From positions 16,492,001-16,556,000 of the forward strand of contig JAQFVV010000001.1 in assembly GCA_028023455.1 (NCBI GenBank): a stretch of 64,000 nucleotides of DNA, read 5' to 3'. Positions 63,051 to 64,000 of the stretch are shown piece by piece (the stretch's first letter is position 1; each line of letters begins with the position of its first letter). Under the pieces are notes generated by a model that saw only the letters and a list, made by a program, of their open reading frames with translations, made no database searches and was not told where the DNA came from. The position numbers and the translations under genes are program-made. This DNA comes from Epiperipatus broadwayi (taxonomy: Eukaryota; Animalia; Onychophora).

Positions 63051-64000
63051 TTTCAATAAAGGCTTTATTGATCTCAATGGTTTACATAAGTTTACATCTA
63101 GAAAATTTGAAATTTAACATACAATGAATAATATTAGGGTAAACACATATAAATGAATTTAGTGGTTACACTTTGTGGTTAATGCACTATAACAATATAA
63201 AAAATAAAAAAGCAAAAATAGTCAGAGTTCTAAAGTTTGAGGAGCTTATTTAGTTTTGTCCGCATGTCACTTTGAATGTTAGTTGTATGATAGTTTTCTT
63301 TGCAGCATTCACAGCATTGATGGTTGTTTTAACAATGACCATGTTGCTGCATATAAGTGGGGGTTGGTTATTATTTTATCTCTATTTCGAATGTGTAGCA
63401 GTTTGTTGCTAAATGTAGCTGGGTGTCGTCAGGTGTTATTGCCAATTAAGAAAGTACATCTGGTGCACCAGTACGCATATAGAACAAATGTGACTGCCCT
63501 AATGCTAGGTATTGATCTTCCCTGAAAAGCAGCTATTATGTGATTAATGATTGTACCCAGTTTTCTGTAGGTGTTACACATCATCTGTCATGTTTGATTA
63601 AGTGCTACACATTGATAAATAAAGTGCTCCAGTGTCTCTTCTGCTCAATGGCAGAGTCCACAGAAGGGGTCAATATATATATATACATTCTTTTATGATA
63701 AAGAAGGGGGGTTGTTGGCAAGGCAATGAGATTGATTTTCATGATAAAATCAAAGTATTTGGGCTCTAGAGCCCATTTTTCATATTCCTTGAGTAGTCTC
63801 TTGTTGTTAATTCCTAGCATAGGTTGTATAACATTAGTATCTGCTTCTCTGTTTATTAAACCATAAATATCCCAGTATGAATACTTATGCAAATACTGTT
63901 CTGGAATCTTGTCTGTGGTTTTGCATTGGTATATAATGTTGGTGAAAAAGGAACCTTTTGGAGGTGGTCTATCTGTTGGAGTAACTTCTAGAAAGTGGTT
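63051..64000 (-). mobile_element. L1/Tx1-like element C, 3' portion only (continues beyond the window), disrupted
   Basis: YWDIYGLI...KEYEKWALEPKYFDFIMKINLIALPTT parallels B ORF2 YWEIYNLI...KEYKKWKLEPKFFDFVLKMNLDALPTT. There is a frameshift in an AT run. The frame ends LYAATWSLLKQPSML* (stop at 63309-63311), and the 3' UTR ends CAATAAAGCCTTTATTGAAA. Confidence 0.9.

Noticed and set aside
58236-63525. Plus-strand and alternative-frame ORFs overlapping LINEs B and C (also those over LINE A, and 19529-19774 over the MCT exon)
   Set aside because: They are antisense shadows of real coding frames and carry no motifs of their own.

Overview
Very AT-rich animal genomic DNA (probably an invertebrate; the taxon cannot be fixed from the sequence), with visible CpG decay in old repeats. 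The only recognisable host gene is an SLC16/monocarboxylate-transporter-family MFS gene on the minus strand. Three coding exons were found (40480-40623, 19520-20515, 15238-15383); the first coding exon was not found and probably lies beyond 64000. Most of the rest is intronic or intergenic mobile DNA: three related L1/Tx1-like non-LTR retrotransposons on the minus strand (A: full length but decayed, 15-bp TSD; B: full length with an intact 1078-aa ORF2; C: 3' end only), a decayed hAT (Buster/SPIN-like) transposon, a Ty3/Gypsy remnant lacking RT-RNase H, two piggyBac remnants, RTE-like 3' ends, a tRNA-Gly-derived SINE, several MITEs and several fold-back palindromes. The most unusual observations are (1) two unrelated non-coding repeat families that each carry a type I hammerhead ribozyme motif, seven copies in all, some tandem and some inverted, in retrozyme/Penelope style, and (2) LINEs B and C arranged head-to-tail in one (AAT/AAC)n tract, with none of the three LINEs having a poly(A) tail. 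All calls were made by eye; no database search or folding program was run.
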